Source: a virus. Taken from it: a DNA stretch of 50,066 nucleotides. The notes beneath the pieces are model-generated. The model searched no databases and was not told the DNA's origin. It saw only the letters and a program-made list of their open reading frames with translations. The DNA lies in the IMG/VR virus record IMGVR_UViG_3300037419_000163, positions 1-50,066 of that record. The stretch is one strand, 5' to 3'. The translations under genes were made by a program, and so were the position numbers. Of the stretch, positions 32,794 through 42,958 are shown piece after piece. The first letter of the stretch is position 1, and each line of letters opens with the position of its first letter.

Positions 32794-35700
32794 TATAGTT
32801 TGCCTTCATCCAAAAGTTTAACAAAGTTTTGTGTATCTGCGTTCTTTGATCTTCTCAAGATATCCATAACTCTAGTCATTGCTGCGTTATTCTCATTGGA
32901 ATGATGCTTCCAAACATCAGCAAATATAGATTGCTTGAGAGTTGTATAACTGTTCCGATCTAACTTAACAATTTCATCCATCAATTCCAGTTTGTCTTGT
33001 TCCGTAAATTGCTTTTCAGGGAGCAGTGAAATGAAACTGTTGAGTCTATTAGCATACTGTTCAAAGTCATCCTCACCTATTTTATTACGGATGTTCATCA
33101 TAGATTGATGAATGTCTTTGGCCATTTGTTTCTTCTCGGCTCTATGTTCTCCTAAGATATTTAATGAGTCGTAGGCATCTATTTCTTTCTGAGACTGAGC
33201 ACCTAAAAACATCTTGCCATAGGCTTCTGCCAGTGAGTATTGATCTCCGACAGTATTGCCATTAGCAGTTACCTTATCCCGCATTCCAAGAAGTAATAAT
33301 CCTTGGGAGTAGTTATTAAAGCCAGAGGCTAGTTCAGCAGCTTCGAGTGCGGCCTGTTTAAAGCCTTGCCCATTAATCTCTCTAGTGGTAAACCATCCCT
33401 GCATTTGACCGACCGCCTTGCCGAAGCTACTTGCAATACTAAAGGATGGGTACCGAGGGCCAGCAGGTTTATTATCAAAGAGTTTCCATGACTCATGAAG
33501 TACATCTAAGTAAGGCAAGAAGCCTTCGGAGTATGGAGTTAGACTCTTCGAGATTGCCAAATCAGAAGGCGTATCAGGATCAATCTGAGAAGCAATCAAC
33601 CTATTAGCAGCATAGTCTACAAGACCTCTTTTAACTACTTCGGCATTAGCTTTAAGATCAGGATCATCTGACCTTTCGATAAAGTAATAAGCAGCGGCTC
33701 CAGCAGGAAGGCCATACTTGGCTCCATAGAGAGATAAGCGTACGGCAGCCAACCTAGCTCTTTGAGCAGGAGACATTATAGTTGCATTGTCTTGAATCAG
33801 ATTCATCAAGAGTTTCTGGCTAATAGCTGCGAACTGAAATAGAACAGACAAGGCACCTTCCTGATAGGGAAGATTACCTGCCTTATTCATTGTTCCAGAT
33901 AGACGCATACCTTCAGCAGCAATAGCTTCTTTGGCTTCTTTAGTTCTCCAATCCTTACCCGGATTTTGTTGATGCCATAATGCCTTAGCTTGTAAGTACA
34001 TCCCAACTCTGTTGGTCAATTCAGCAGCATCAAATCCTACAGTACGAGTAGCTCTAGGTAGAGCTTTAATTGTATTCTGTAAATCCTTAAGAGCCTTCTC
34101 AGGAATATTCTCTACAAGGTTTCTATCTACCTCTTTGAATATCCCATGTACTAGAACATTCATATCAATAGATTGAAGCATCCCTGACTTCTCAATTGCT
34201 TCCACAACTTCATGGAATTCTTCAGGGGGCATACTAGACATACGGCTAGTATAACCTTTCATGATCTTTGCAAAGGGTTTCAATAAGGTTGCATTACTAG
34301 AGAGTGCCATCCTAACTGCCATCATATCCTTAAAGGAATTAGCGGCTGTATGAGGATTGATAGCATACATTTCCATTAGCTGTGCTGGCTGAATAAGCCA
34401 TTGTCTAATGGGGCTCATATGAATATATGCAACACTAGAAATCATCTTAGGGTACTTAACAGCAAGATTCCCTTGACTTCCTAAGTCTCTTAATAATCCC
34501 GCTGGTATCTTCCACTTCTCAAGGATATCAGCAATATTATGAAGACTCTTTTTCCACAGATGATCTCCAAGAGTTTCATAGGTTTTCATCTTGCTATAGA
34601 ATTCAAACATTCTATGAGCAGTGTCGAACTCTTGTTTCTCAGCACGTCCCATATTCTCAAGAGGTTTAATATCTGTCTTGAATTGTGGGAACTCTCCTTG
34701 TGAAAGGAACTTACCAAATCCTTTAGTGAAGGCGTCTCTAAAACTATTCTCCCATGCGCTAAAGGCTTCTATCCTAGAGAGACTTTGTGCTGTCTTAACT
34801 AAAGATGCAAGCCTATCTTCAATGCGAGCAGGGCCATGAAGAGAAGGCAAACGTTCCCCTCTCTTCTGTGATTGCTTAAACATTTGATTATGGACTTGGT
34901 AATCTGTAACCACTTTACCAAATGTATCTTGCCTTTCAGGACGAACAGTTACAACATGATTTGGATTATCCGCTTGAGCTTGTTTGGCTATTTGCCTAGC
35001 TTCATATTCATTCTTAGCTGCACCAACTGTCTTAGAATAATTCCTAAGTTTCTCTTGGTCAGTAATTCTAACTCCATTAACCTCAAGTGTATTAGGACGT
35101 ATATCAACAAAGAACGGTTCCTTGACCATTCTAGGAGAGTATCCCGGTACTCTAGGCAGTACCTCATTAGGTAGAAGAGATAGCGTAGTCTTCCCTCCGA
35201 CAATACCGAACTCATGTACTTTACCAGCCTCCTCAATATGCTCAGCAAGTCGTACTATCTTTCTACCAGAATTAGCTATTTCATCGGGCTTAAATGGAAT
35301 TGCCTTATTAAGATCATAGTCCCAGATAGTTTGAATATCTTTAGTGCCAGCAGGCAGCTTAGGAGAAGCAGCCCCTAAATAATTACCAGCTTCATCATAA
35401 ACACCTTTCATGTCATCATTCAATAGTTTGTTTCTTTGAATGCGATTAGCAAAGTTATGATTGTAATGTTGCATCCTACGCCAGTAGGTGTGAGTTTCAA
35501 ATAGGTTATCAATTTCCCTAGAGCTAAGATCAGGGAACTTGGCACTCATGTCTGCTTTACTAAATGACTCTATTCCTAATTCTTCGGCATCGTTTATAAG
35601 AGTGTTTAACTCTTTACCATGTTTAGTATGGGCGATGTTCTTAGTGAAGGCTGTAACAAAGGTATCTTCCAATCGGGCATTTCTTTCAATCCCACGAATG

Positions 35701-37472
35701 GCAGCTTGTTCAACTTCATTGGGTAATCTTCCCGTAGGGAATAACCACCTACCTAAAGCAGAACGGGCCAAGGAAGATACATCCATTCCTAGTACAGATG
35801 TTTGAATACTATCCGGGCCAAAGGTACGAATAGAGATATCATCATATACTCGGTTCCATTTCCATTCTAAATGGAATGGGCCTACTGGCTTTCCTTTCTT
35901 ATCAGTACCAGTACCTACAATATTAAGGTTCCCTCTCTCACTTTCAGGGAGTTGCTTAATGGAATAGGCGAGATTCTTAGCAGCCTCAGTCGCTTCATCA
36001 AACGTAAGAAACTTACCTGTAGCATTAGGGCCGAATACCATAGTTCCTTCTGACATTCCAGTAGAAGGAAGACTTACCATACTATTAGACTGTTGATAAT
36101 AGCTGCCCCTATTCTCCTTAATTACTTGGAAAATATTAGCAGCATCTTGATCCCTTTTGGTAGCATCTACAATATTAGGATCATATCTAAAGTCATTAAA
36201 CTCCCGTTCCATCTGGTTGTCGAGTTCATGAATCTTAGCAGCTAGGTCAGGATTATCTTTAGCTATGTTTTCATCTAACTTAGGAAGAACCCAATCATTA
36301 ACAATCGATCCTTTCTCTGCTCCTAGTCCTTCAGAGATAATTCCACTCTTGTCTTTAAGAGCCATAGCTCCAAGAGTTTCAGCCATCTTAGGATTGGCAG
36401 CTTTAGTTACATCAGCAGGACTTCCCGGAGGAATACTAGGAGTATTATTAACCCTTGCTCCCCTACCGAATACAGCACCAATCAATCCACCAAGGACTGC
36501 ATTGACAGTCATTGATTTAGGATCAAATTGTTTCTGTTGGAGTTCAGGATAGGCTTCTAGAATCTTATTCTGAATAGTAGTGTTTAGTTCTCCAAGTGCA
36601 ACAGCCCCTCCACCATTAAGGGCTATAGTCTTAAGAATACCAGCAGCCTTAAAGATAGGTAGAGCAAAGTCTGCCCCTGTCATTCCGGCATCAGCTAATG
36701 AAGCATTCAACCTATCTTCATCTGTTACATTAGGATTGGTTCCAAGTTCAGCAAACTTAGACATACCGGCAAGTGATCCACCGGCTAACACCATTCCGGG
36801 AATACCAGCCACAGCACCAGCAATACCACCACCAATCAATCCTACGGCATGACCAATACCAGTTGTTAGAGGATTAGCTTCTGATAGCTTTTTGAACTCT
36901 TCATGTCCTTTCTTGTACTCTTCATCCGAAACCAGTCCAAGGGTATTACCTGCCCCTTGATAGAGATGAGATATACCACCAAGGAAGGATTTTAATTTGT
37001 CTGTATTATTAGCAATATCGTATTGCCGTTGCTCATAATCCATTTGAGCACGGCGATTCTTCATATTGTCTACAACCCAATCCTGTCTATTTTGATCGGC
37101 TACCGTATCATTTAGGATATCATTAGCAGCAGTCTTTTGAATGTATCGATCTTTAAGATTACCGGGAACATATCCACTCTGAGAATAATGACGAAGCACT
37201 GCCTTCTTCACTTCAGAAGAAACAGTGTTATCTCCTATGATTCCTTCAATGGCTTGACGATTACCTGCGTCTTGTTCTTGGTTCCATTGACTCTTTACAT
37301 TATTGACAAACTCAGATTCCCCAGTGGTTTCTAAGTCCATCTTAGCACTGGTATAATCAGCAACAGGGTTTCCAGTGGAAGCAGAGGCAGCATAGAATGC
37401 CTGTTCACTAGCTTCCTTACTAGAAGGAAGAGGGCGTTCTGCCTCTATAGGAGGAACAATAAAATCGTCCAA
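32793..37472 (-). CDS. Giant internal virion / ejectosome protein candidate (1559 aa)
   Basis: Supported by size, by a Gly-rich hydrophobic block (GIGHAVGLIGGGIAGAVAGIPGMVLAGG) and by position after the tail-tubular-like genes. Confidence 0.5.
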   Translation of the reverse strand: MDDFIVPPIEAERPLPSSKEASEQAFYAASASTGNPVADYTSAKMDLETTGESEFVNNVKSQWNQEQDAGNRQAIEGIIGDNTVSSEVKKAVLRHYSQSGYVPGNLKDRYIQKTAANDILNDTVADQNRQDWVVDNMKNRRAQMDYEQRQYDIANNTDKLKSFLGGISHLYQGAGNTLGLVSDEEYKKGHEEFKKLSEANPLTTGIGHAVGLIGGGIAGAVAGIPGMVLAGGSLAGMSKFAELGTNPNVTDEDRLNASLADAGMTGADFALPIFKAAGILKTIALNGGGAVALGELNTTIQNKILEAYPELQQKQFDPKSMTVNAVLGGLIGAVFGRGARVNNTPSIPPGSPADVTKAANPKMAETLGAMALKDKSGIISEGLGAEKGSIVNDWVLPKLDENIAKDNPDLAAKIHELDNQMEREFNDFRYDPNIVDATKRDQDAANIFQVIKENRGSYYQQSNSMVSLPSTGMSEGTMVFGPNATGKFLTFDEATEAAKNLAYSIKQLPESERGNLNIVGTGTDKKGKPVGPFHLEWKWNRVYDDISIRTFGPDSIQTSVLGMDVSSLARSALGRWLFPTGRLPNEVEQAAIRGIERNARLEDTFVTAFTKNIAHTKHGKELNTLINDAEELGIESFSKADMSAKFPDLSSREIDNLFETHTYWRRMQHYNHNFANRIQRNKLLNDDMKGVYDEAGNYLGAASPKLPAGTKDIQTIWDYDLNKAIPFKPDEIANSGRKIVRLAEHIEEAGKVHEFGIVGGKTTLSLLPNEVLPRVPGYSPRMVKEPFFVDIRPNTLEVNGVRITDQEKLRNYSKTVGAAKNEYEARQIAKQAQADNPNHVVTVRPERQDTFGKVVTDYQVHNQMFKQSQKRGERLPSLHGPARIEDRLASLVKTAQSLSRIEAFSAWENSFRDAFTKGFGKFLSQGEFPQFKTDIKPLENMGRAEKQEFDTAHRMFEFYSKMKTYETLGDHLWKKSLHNIADILEKWKIPAGLLRDLGSQGNLAVKYPKMISSVAYIHMSPIRQWLIQPAQLMEMYAINPHTAANSFKDMMAVRMALSSNATLLKPFAKIMKGYTSRMSSMPPEEFHEVVEAIEKSGMLQSIDMNVLVHGIFKEVDRNLVENIPEKALKDLQNTIKALPRATRTVGFDAAELTNRVGMYLQAKALWHQQNPGKDWRTKEAKEAIAAEGMRLSGTMNKAGNLPYQEGALSVLFQFAAISQKLLMNLIQDNATIMSPAQRARLAAVRLSLYGAKYGLPAGAAAYYFIERSDDPDLKANAEVVKRGLVDYAANRLIASQIDPDTPSDLAISKSLTPYSEGFLPYLDVLHESWKLFDNKPAGPRYPSFSIASSFGKAVGQMQGWFTTREINGQGFKQAALEAAELASGFNNYSQGLLLLGMRDKVTANGNTVGDQYSLAEAYGKMFLGAQSQKEIDAYDSLNILGEHRAEKKQMAKDIHQSMMNIRNKIGEDDFEQYANRLNSFISLLPEKQFTEQDKLELMDEIVKLDRNSYTTLKQSIFADVWKHHSNENNAAMTRVMDILRRSKNADTQNFVKLLDEGKL

Positions 37473-37479
37473 TTATGTC

Positions 37480-38037
37480 CTAATCAAAAATAGATTGAAA
37501 TGTATTGCCACCACCTGCTGAGAGGCCAGCCCCTTTACCACCACCCAACATGGTAGAGACTGCTCCTGCTGTATTACTCACAGCCCCAAAGATAGACTGC
37601 CACATTTGTCCCTTAGCACCAGCAGTATAGAAGTCACTTTGAGCCTGAGCAGAACGCTGATTAGCAGCACTGATCTGAGCAGCAAAGTCAGACATCTGCC
37701 CTAGATTACCAAGATTCTGTCCTAGCTGTGAACGTAGACTTCCTGTTGCACCAGATAGTCCTGAGGAACCTCCATTAGTTGGCCCTACTCCAATTCCAGC
37801 GTTACCAGCAGTGGCAATTACATTCGCCCTACGAATTCGTTCTTCCCTAACTTGGGCAATACGATCTCGTTGAGCAATTGCGTTTGCCCTAGCTTGTTCT
37901 ACACGCTGAGCTTCTTGTTGAGCTTCAAATTGACGTTGAGCGGCTTTCTGTTGTTTCTTAGCGGCTCCCATCTGCATAACAGTGCCGCCGATAGAAGCAG
38001 CAACACCTACAACAGCGGCAACAACGGCTATTGGCAT
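37480..38037 (-). CDS. Internal virion protein candidate with an N-terminal TM helix
   Basis: MPIAVVAAVVGVAASIGGTVM, then a Gln/Ala/Arg-rich coiled coil and a Gly-rich C-terminus. Confidence 0.45.
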   Translation of the reverse strand: MPIAVVAAVVGVAASIGGTVMQMGAAKKQQKAAQRQFEAQQEAQRVEQARANAIAQRDRIAQVREERIRRANVIATAGNAGIGVGPTNGGSSGLSGATGSLRSQLGQNLGNLGQMSDFAAQISAANQRSAQAQSDFYTAGAKGQMWQSIFGAVSNTAGAVSTMLGGGKGAGLSAGGGNTFQSIFD

Positions 38038-38444
38038 ATATCCTCCTTACTTATTCCGTACAATTCTTGGTCTTCCATTTTACCATCTAATAGGAAACTA
38101 TTTTTTATGATACCTTCTTTCTGCATTCCGACTGCGTTAGCCAGTTTAATAGCAAGCCGGTTATGTACCGGAATAGTTGAAATCAATTTGCGTAATTTAA
38201 CCATGCTATTAAATACATACTGAAGGGCTGCCTTACTTATATCCGATGCAAACCTTCGGTACCGCTTATCCAATGAAGACAAATGAACTTCATACATTTC
38301 CTCTGAATGAGGAACCAATAGATAATGTCCTATTGATTCTCCATCTACAATAATATGCAGTTGTATAGTAAATAGCTGTAAACCCTTCTCTGGATAGAAC
38401 GACAGCACTAGACAGAAGCTCCACCAGTGAGGGTCACTCCCCAT
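38028..38444 (-). CDS. GNAT (RimJ/RimL-like) acetyltransferase-fold protein, apparently degenerate or truncated
   Basis: LRKLISTIPVHNRLAIKLANAVGMQKEGIIKNSFLLDGKMEDQELYGI matches the C-terminal GNAT pattern (N..S..l..k.GF..EG). No clear Q/RxxGxG/A CoA loop. It overlaps the upstream gene by 37 nt. Confidence 0.45.
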   Translation of the reverse strand: MGSDPHWWSFCLVLSFYPEKGLQLFTIQLHIIVDGESIGHYLLVPHSEEMYEVHLSSLDKRYRRFASDISKAALQYVFNSMVKLRKLISTIPVHNRLAIKLANAVGMQKEGIIKNSFLLDGKMEDQELYGISKEDICQ

Positions 38445-40831
38445 CCTAAGAGGCGTAAGTCTTTACTATCTTCTGATTCTATTTTCAATGATAGTACCCT
38501 ACCCATTCCTCTTAGTTTATTTTTAGTTGAGATAACTTCTTCTCCGGTATCGAAAACATCACTACTCCCAGAAGGAGTGTAGTTACGTCTGAATCGATAT
38601 GCCTGAAACTGACTTCCCCATTTACCACTGGAAGCAGAATTAGCCCAATTCCATTGTGCTTGTATTAAGCAAGAGGATGGATTGGTAATTTGCAGTTCTC
38701 CAGTATCATCCAATTCAAATCCATCTTCTGTCTTTTCAAAGAAGGTTACTAAGTAAGGGACTTGTTTCTTTCTTAACATTTCACCAAACAATTCATAACC
38801 AGTTACAAGGAAACTACTATAATTTGCACCAACCGAATCTGCGGATATCCAGTCTCTAAATCCTGTGTTGTTATACTTACTCAGAGTGAAGCTACTTCCT
38901 ATTAAGGTTAAGAAACTAAATTGACTACTCCGAGAAGCTAGTATTGTCGAGGTAACAACAACATCTGATAAGTCTGTAACCTGTACAGGGTCTAAATCAA
39001 CATAAACACTTTCATCTGTCGTTGAAGAGAGGTATCTGGGAATCTCAACATAAGCGCAAATAGAAGGGCTAGTACCTGTTATTGGGGAAATACTATTAGT
39101 GTAGAAACTTTTAATATTTAAATCTAATACTAGTTCCCTGTTATATTTATTTAAATAATTAGAAGCACTATAAGTGGGGCTATCATTATAAATCCACCTA
39201 ACTCTATTCTCTTGTTCATCATAGTAACCTCTAGCATTATCACGGGCAGCACTGGAGAGACTATTATAAAGAGACTGAATTGTAGAGATAGTTAAATTCT
39301 CAGCTTGGTATCTTCCACTGATTGGGTCTTGTGTAAGGACGAATATTCCGGCCTTCGCCCAGTAAATAATACCACCACTAAATTCCACAACACTCTTTGC
39401 ATTGTTGGTACCTACAGAACTTATCTTTGAAATCTGATAACCTGTAGCAGTGAAGCCACCAGTATCACCAAAGATTTCCCAGACTCCGTTCTGAGCAAAT
39501 ACTACTAATGAGGTACGGGTTGCTAAGAGTTTATATATCTTTGTGATTTCAGGAATCTGAATCGTTCCACCATCTGTTGCAACTACATCATTAATGGTAG
39601 GGGAAGTAGGATCAGCAACCTGATAACATTTTCCTAATTGGTCTTTCGATGTGGCTATCTGAGAGAAGAATATATAACCCGTATAGTTAGGAGATTTACC
39701 ATCTCCTGAGGTAATTATAGAGTTAATTCCCGAATAGAAAGCACGGCTTGCAAAGGAGGCTACCGTTGTAACCCTTCCGCTTTCAGTATCAGCAGGTAGG
39801 GTAGTGAGCCCAGTTAGTGCTCGTCTAGAAGTTCCTCTATCATAAGCGTCAAGAATAAAAGCACCTTTTGCCGCCTCAACTTTATAGATAGAATTCTTAA
39901 CTAAAGAATTAGGATCATACTTTTCAAAGTTGGCTGCTGATGCATCACCAATCTTTCCAAGCGTCCAAGTATCACAGTTACTAGGATAAACTCCGATTGT
40001 ATTCTTCGTACATTCAATAGCTCCGATAGATATAGGGGTGGAAGAGGTAATGACCTCGGAGGTTTGTACCCATCCACTCGTAGCAGGAGTTCTATTGTAG
40101 ATACCATCAGTGACAGCTTGTAAGAAATCTGGCCCTGCTTTGTCTTTAATAAAAAGCCAGTTACCAGAAGTTTTAACAACGTCTGTAGAAACAACACCAG
40201 CACAAATGGAGGTTATACCCGCATTCCATCCCTGATTAATTAAGTTATAATTATGGGTTTGGGTAAGGGTTGTCGGACGAGAGTCTATGGGAAGGGTATC
40301 AACAACTCCCCAAATATCGCGAACTTGTATAGGTACAATCTCACTAGTTACTAGCTGAGTAGTTCTATCATACGTTAAGAGAATAGGCCTATTAATGTCA
40401 GATGAAACAATAACTAATTGATTGTTGATAGTCGTTGTTTCGATATCTGCATTAGCAAGTCCACTGATAACTAATGGGTTTCCACCATTCAGGAAATTAG
40501 CAGAGGGGGATATTTGCAGTAGGTTGATAAACCAAAGTCTATCGTAGATACGGATAACACCAATGCTTACAGTGGTGTCTCCATTAGGAGACTCCCACTT
40601 GTGAAAGGATTGTTTACTTGATGCTAGAATAGCAGTGGATATACCTGTATCTTTTAGAGCATATCCAAACTCATAGTCCATCCCCAATCTGCGAGAAATT
40701 TTGCCATTGCGCTCCAATACAAAATTATCCAAATCCAGAGCAGCATTCTCTGGAAAGGTTAAGGGGGAAACCTCAGTGACGAGTCCCCCTGTAAAATTAT
40801 TATATTGTTTCTCTGACTTCGCAGCGGTCAT
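38408..40831 (-). CDS. Tail tubular protein B-like (nozzle) candidate
   Basis: 807 aa. Its size and order (after the adaptor-like gene, before the internal proteins) mirror T7 gp12. Confidence 0.45.
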   Translation of the reverse strand: MTAAKSEKQYNNFTGGLVTEVSPLTFPENAALDLDNFVLERNGKISRRLGMDYEFGYALKDTGISTAILASSKQSFHKWESPNGDTTVSIGVIRIYDRLWFINLLQISPSANFLNGGNPLVISGLANADIETTTINNQLVIVSSDINRPILLTYDRTTQLVTSEIVPIQVRDIWGVVDTLPIDSRPTTLTQTHNYNLINQGWNAGITSICAGVVSTDVVKTSGNWLFIKDKAGPDFLQAVTDGIYNRTPATSGWVQTSEVITSSTPISIGAIECTKNTIGVYPSNCDTWTLGKIGDASAANFEKYDPNSLVKNSIYKVEAAKGAFILDAYDRGTSRRALTGLTTLPADTESGRVTTVASFASRAFYSGINSIITSGDGKSPNYTGYIFFSQIATSKDQLGKCYQVADPTSPTINDVVATDGGTIQIPEITKIYKLLATRTSLVVFAQNGVWEIFGDTGGFTATGYQISKISSVGTNNAKSVVEFSGGIIYWAKAGIFVLTQDPISGRYQAENLTISTIQSLYNSLSSAARDNARGYYDEQENRVRWIYNDSPTYSASNYLNKYNRELVLDLNIKSFYTNSISPITGTSPSICAYVEIPRYLSSTTDESVYVDLDPVQVTDLSDVVVTSTILASRSSQFSFLTLIGSSFTLSKYNNTGFRDWISADSVGANYSSFLVTGYELFGEMLRKKQVPYLVTFFEKTEDGFELDDTGELQITNPSSCLIQAQWNWANSASSGKWGSQFQAYRFRRNYTPSGSSDVFDTGEEVISTKNKLRGMGRVLSLKIESEDSKDLRLLGWGVTLTGGASV

Positions 40832-41031
40832 TATTTCTTGTCTTTAGGTTTGGTTCTTTCTAAATATTGTTGTACAGCAGAATCAGCAAATCGTTCTTGT
40901 GTGAATAGTCCGAGTAACTCAAGGGGAAGTTCACCACCTGGATAAAACTGGAACCTATAAGCTGCCGTCTTTGCATCTACAATCAATTGAATCTTTTTAC
41001 CACCCCAGTTATCCCATTCTTTTATAATCAT
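40831..41031 (-). CDS. Small hypothetical protein (66 aa)
   Basis: Coupled ORF. Confidence 0.45.
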   Translation of the reverse strand: MIIKEWDNWGGKKIQLIVDAKTAAYRFQFYPGGELPLELLGLFTQERFADSAVQQYLERTKPKDKK

Positions 41032-41800
41032 TGTTTACCTTTTGAGAGCCTGATTTCCTACCAAAATCTGGAAGGAGAACACCATTCCTAAGTCGCCATG
41101 CTTCTTCACTCATCCTACGTCTTTGTGTAACTGAGTGTTGTTCAGCTTTAGGATTAGGACTTTGTTTTAATACTACGAAAGCGATAGACTTCGATTCATT
41201 TAATAGATAACTAAAAGCCTGTATTGGCAGGTCTGGTATAAAGGTATCTTCCATTGTCCATGTAGGATACACCTTGCCATAACACTGTGTCTTAGAGGTC
41301 TGGGAAGTCGAGTCTACAGCACTGTCAAATGCATCCAAGATGATATGTTCATTATCAAATGAAGTATAAAATGTTGGATTTGTATCATTAAGAATATTAA
41401 ATTTGATACCTGTTGCATCAGTTACCACAGTGACATTAGAAGCATCACTATGTCTCGCATCAACCAATCTCATAAACTCAACAGGCGTTTTATATTTTAA
41501 TTCTTGAAACTTATCAAAAGTATCGTTCGTGGTTCTAACATTATATTTAACATATATAAGATTAATTACGTTTGTAGGCAATCTCATATATGTTGGACGG
41601 CTAGTTGTCCCTGATGCTTCTAGTTGAAAGAACTGAAATAGCTGAGGCCAATCCTTTCCATCTATAATATTAAAGTAAGTAGTTTTGACTATCTGTGCTA
41701 CCTGTGTAGCTTCAACAGTATCAGATATACTATTGACTTCATCAGAGTCTAAGTCTGATAGAATATCTTGGACTATATCTAACAAAGTCATAGTAGCCAT
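41009..41800 (-). CDS. Head-tail adaptor / tail tubular protein A-like candidate
   Basis: 263 aa. The call rests on gene order only. Confidence 0.4.
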   Translation of the reverse strand: MATMTLLDIVQDILSDLDSDEVNSISDTVEATQVAQIVKTTYFNIIDGKDWPQLFQFFQLEASGTTSRPTYMRLPTNVINLIYVKYNVRTTNDTFDKFQELKYKTPVEFMRLVDARHSDASNVTVVTDATGIKFNILNDTNPTFYTSFDNEHIILDAFDSAVDSTSQTSKTQCYGKVYPTWTMEDTFIPDLPIQAFSYLLNESKSIAFVVLKQSPNPKAEQHSVTQRRRMSEEAWRLRNGVLLPDFGRKSGSQKVNNDYKRMG

Positions 41801-42360
41801 TATGAACGCCCTATTGTTATAGCAGCAAGCCAGAGATTATAGACACGAACATCCCCTGAAGCTCCATCATTCTTTATATAGATTTCTATATAATCATTTG
41901 TGGATAAGTTAATATCAGCAGAGAGAACAACGTTAACAGGAGAGCCTGTTACAATAGTTGTCAGGTTCTCTGTAAGAGTTATAATGCTACCATTCTTATA
42001 AAGAGCAGCCCTTACATTCCTGTTTGCACCAGATGATTGATCTATATATATACTTCCAGTAAGTCTAACTGGCCGTGTCAGAGTTCCTGTATAAGTCAAA
42101 CGAGCAGTAGTTGCTTCAGTAAACTCTATAGGAATTCCACTAGCTGTCGTAGTTACCAAGACCTTGGTGTAGACAGAAGGATAGGTAATAGAAGTAGGAG
42201 CAGCTACATTAGAAAAAGCAACAGAGCCATGGGCATTTGAATATATCCATGAACCACTTCCCGCTCCATCGGAAATATATACTTTCCCTACACTAGCGGT
42301 AGAGACACCCTTAGGTTCGTGTAAGTCTGCTTCAGTAATATTCTTATGCTGTATTGCCAT
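41800..42360 (-). CDS. Hypothetical virion protein (186 aa)
   Basis: Beta-rich ORF downstream of the capsid cassette. Confidence 0.5.
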   Translation of the reverse strand: MAIQHKNITEADLHEPKGVSTASVGKVYISDGAGSGSWIYSNAHGSVAFSNVAAPTSITYPSVYTKVLVTTTASGIPIEFTEATTARLTYTGTLTRPVRLTGSIYIDQSSGANRNVRAALYKNGSIITLTENLTTIVTGSPVNVVLSADINLSTNDYIEIYIKNDGASGDVRVYNLWLAAITIGRS

Positions 42361-42372
42361 TTAATATCCAAT

Positions 42373-42409
42373 AAAAAAGGAAGAAGAAGTTTTATCCCCT
42401 TCTTCCTCT
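42373..42409 (-). terminator. Rho-independent terminator on the - strand (AGGAAGAAG...CTTCTTCCT + T6)
   Basis: The + strand shows A6 and then the hairpin. It lies just after the 172-aa gene that follows the capsid gene. Confidence 0.6.
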
Positions 42410-42427
42410 TTGTTTAGTTAGCTACTC

Positions 42428-42946
42428 TTACAGACCGGCGTCAATGTAGGTAACAATCAAACGGGCTTTACCAGCAGTGAAGTCATCAACAGTCGGAGTT
42501 ACCACAAGCTCACCAGCAGCCGCACCAATTGTTTTACCAATCAAAGCGCCCGGTGTTCCACTAGCACCATCAATGATTGCACCAGCTACACCAAGGGTTG
42601 TTTGGGTTGCTTGAGCAGCGGTAATCAAACCATCCAAGTCAATGTCTGTTCCATCGGCTTGTTCCAAACCAATGTCCATATCAGACGTGGTAGAGGTAGA
42701 TACCCACGGAGTAATAACCTGTAGCTTTGCACTAAGAATCGTAGAGTTAGCAGGAATACTAAACTCAAGATTCGTAGAACCACCAATTACATCCGTACCT
42801 GCATTAGTACCAATCTGAGTATAATCAAATGTCCATTGGACAGATTTAATTACATCAATATCAATACGACCACCAAAATGGGAGTCAGTTTTACGAGGGC
42901 CAAAATGATTGAAGACCCCACGGAGAGCTTGTTTTTCGAAAGTCAT
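42428..42946 (-). CDS. Hypothetical capsid-associated protein (possible decoration protein)
   Basis: 172 aa, immediately after the major capsid gene and inside the promoter-to-terminator cassette. Confidence 0.4.
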   Translation of the reverse strand: MTFEKQALRGVFNHFGPRKTDSHFGGRIDIDVIKSVQWTFDYTQIGTNAGTDVIGGSTNLEFSIPANSTILSAKLQVITPWVSTSTTSDMDIGLEQADGTDIDLDGLITAAQATQTTLGVAGAIIDGASGTPGALIGKTIGAAAGELVVTPTVDDFTAGKARLIVTYIDAGL

Positions 42947-42958
42947 AATAATCCCTAA

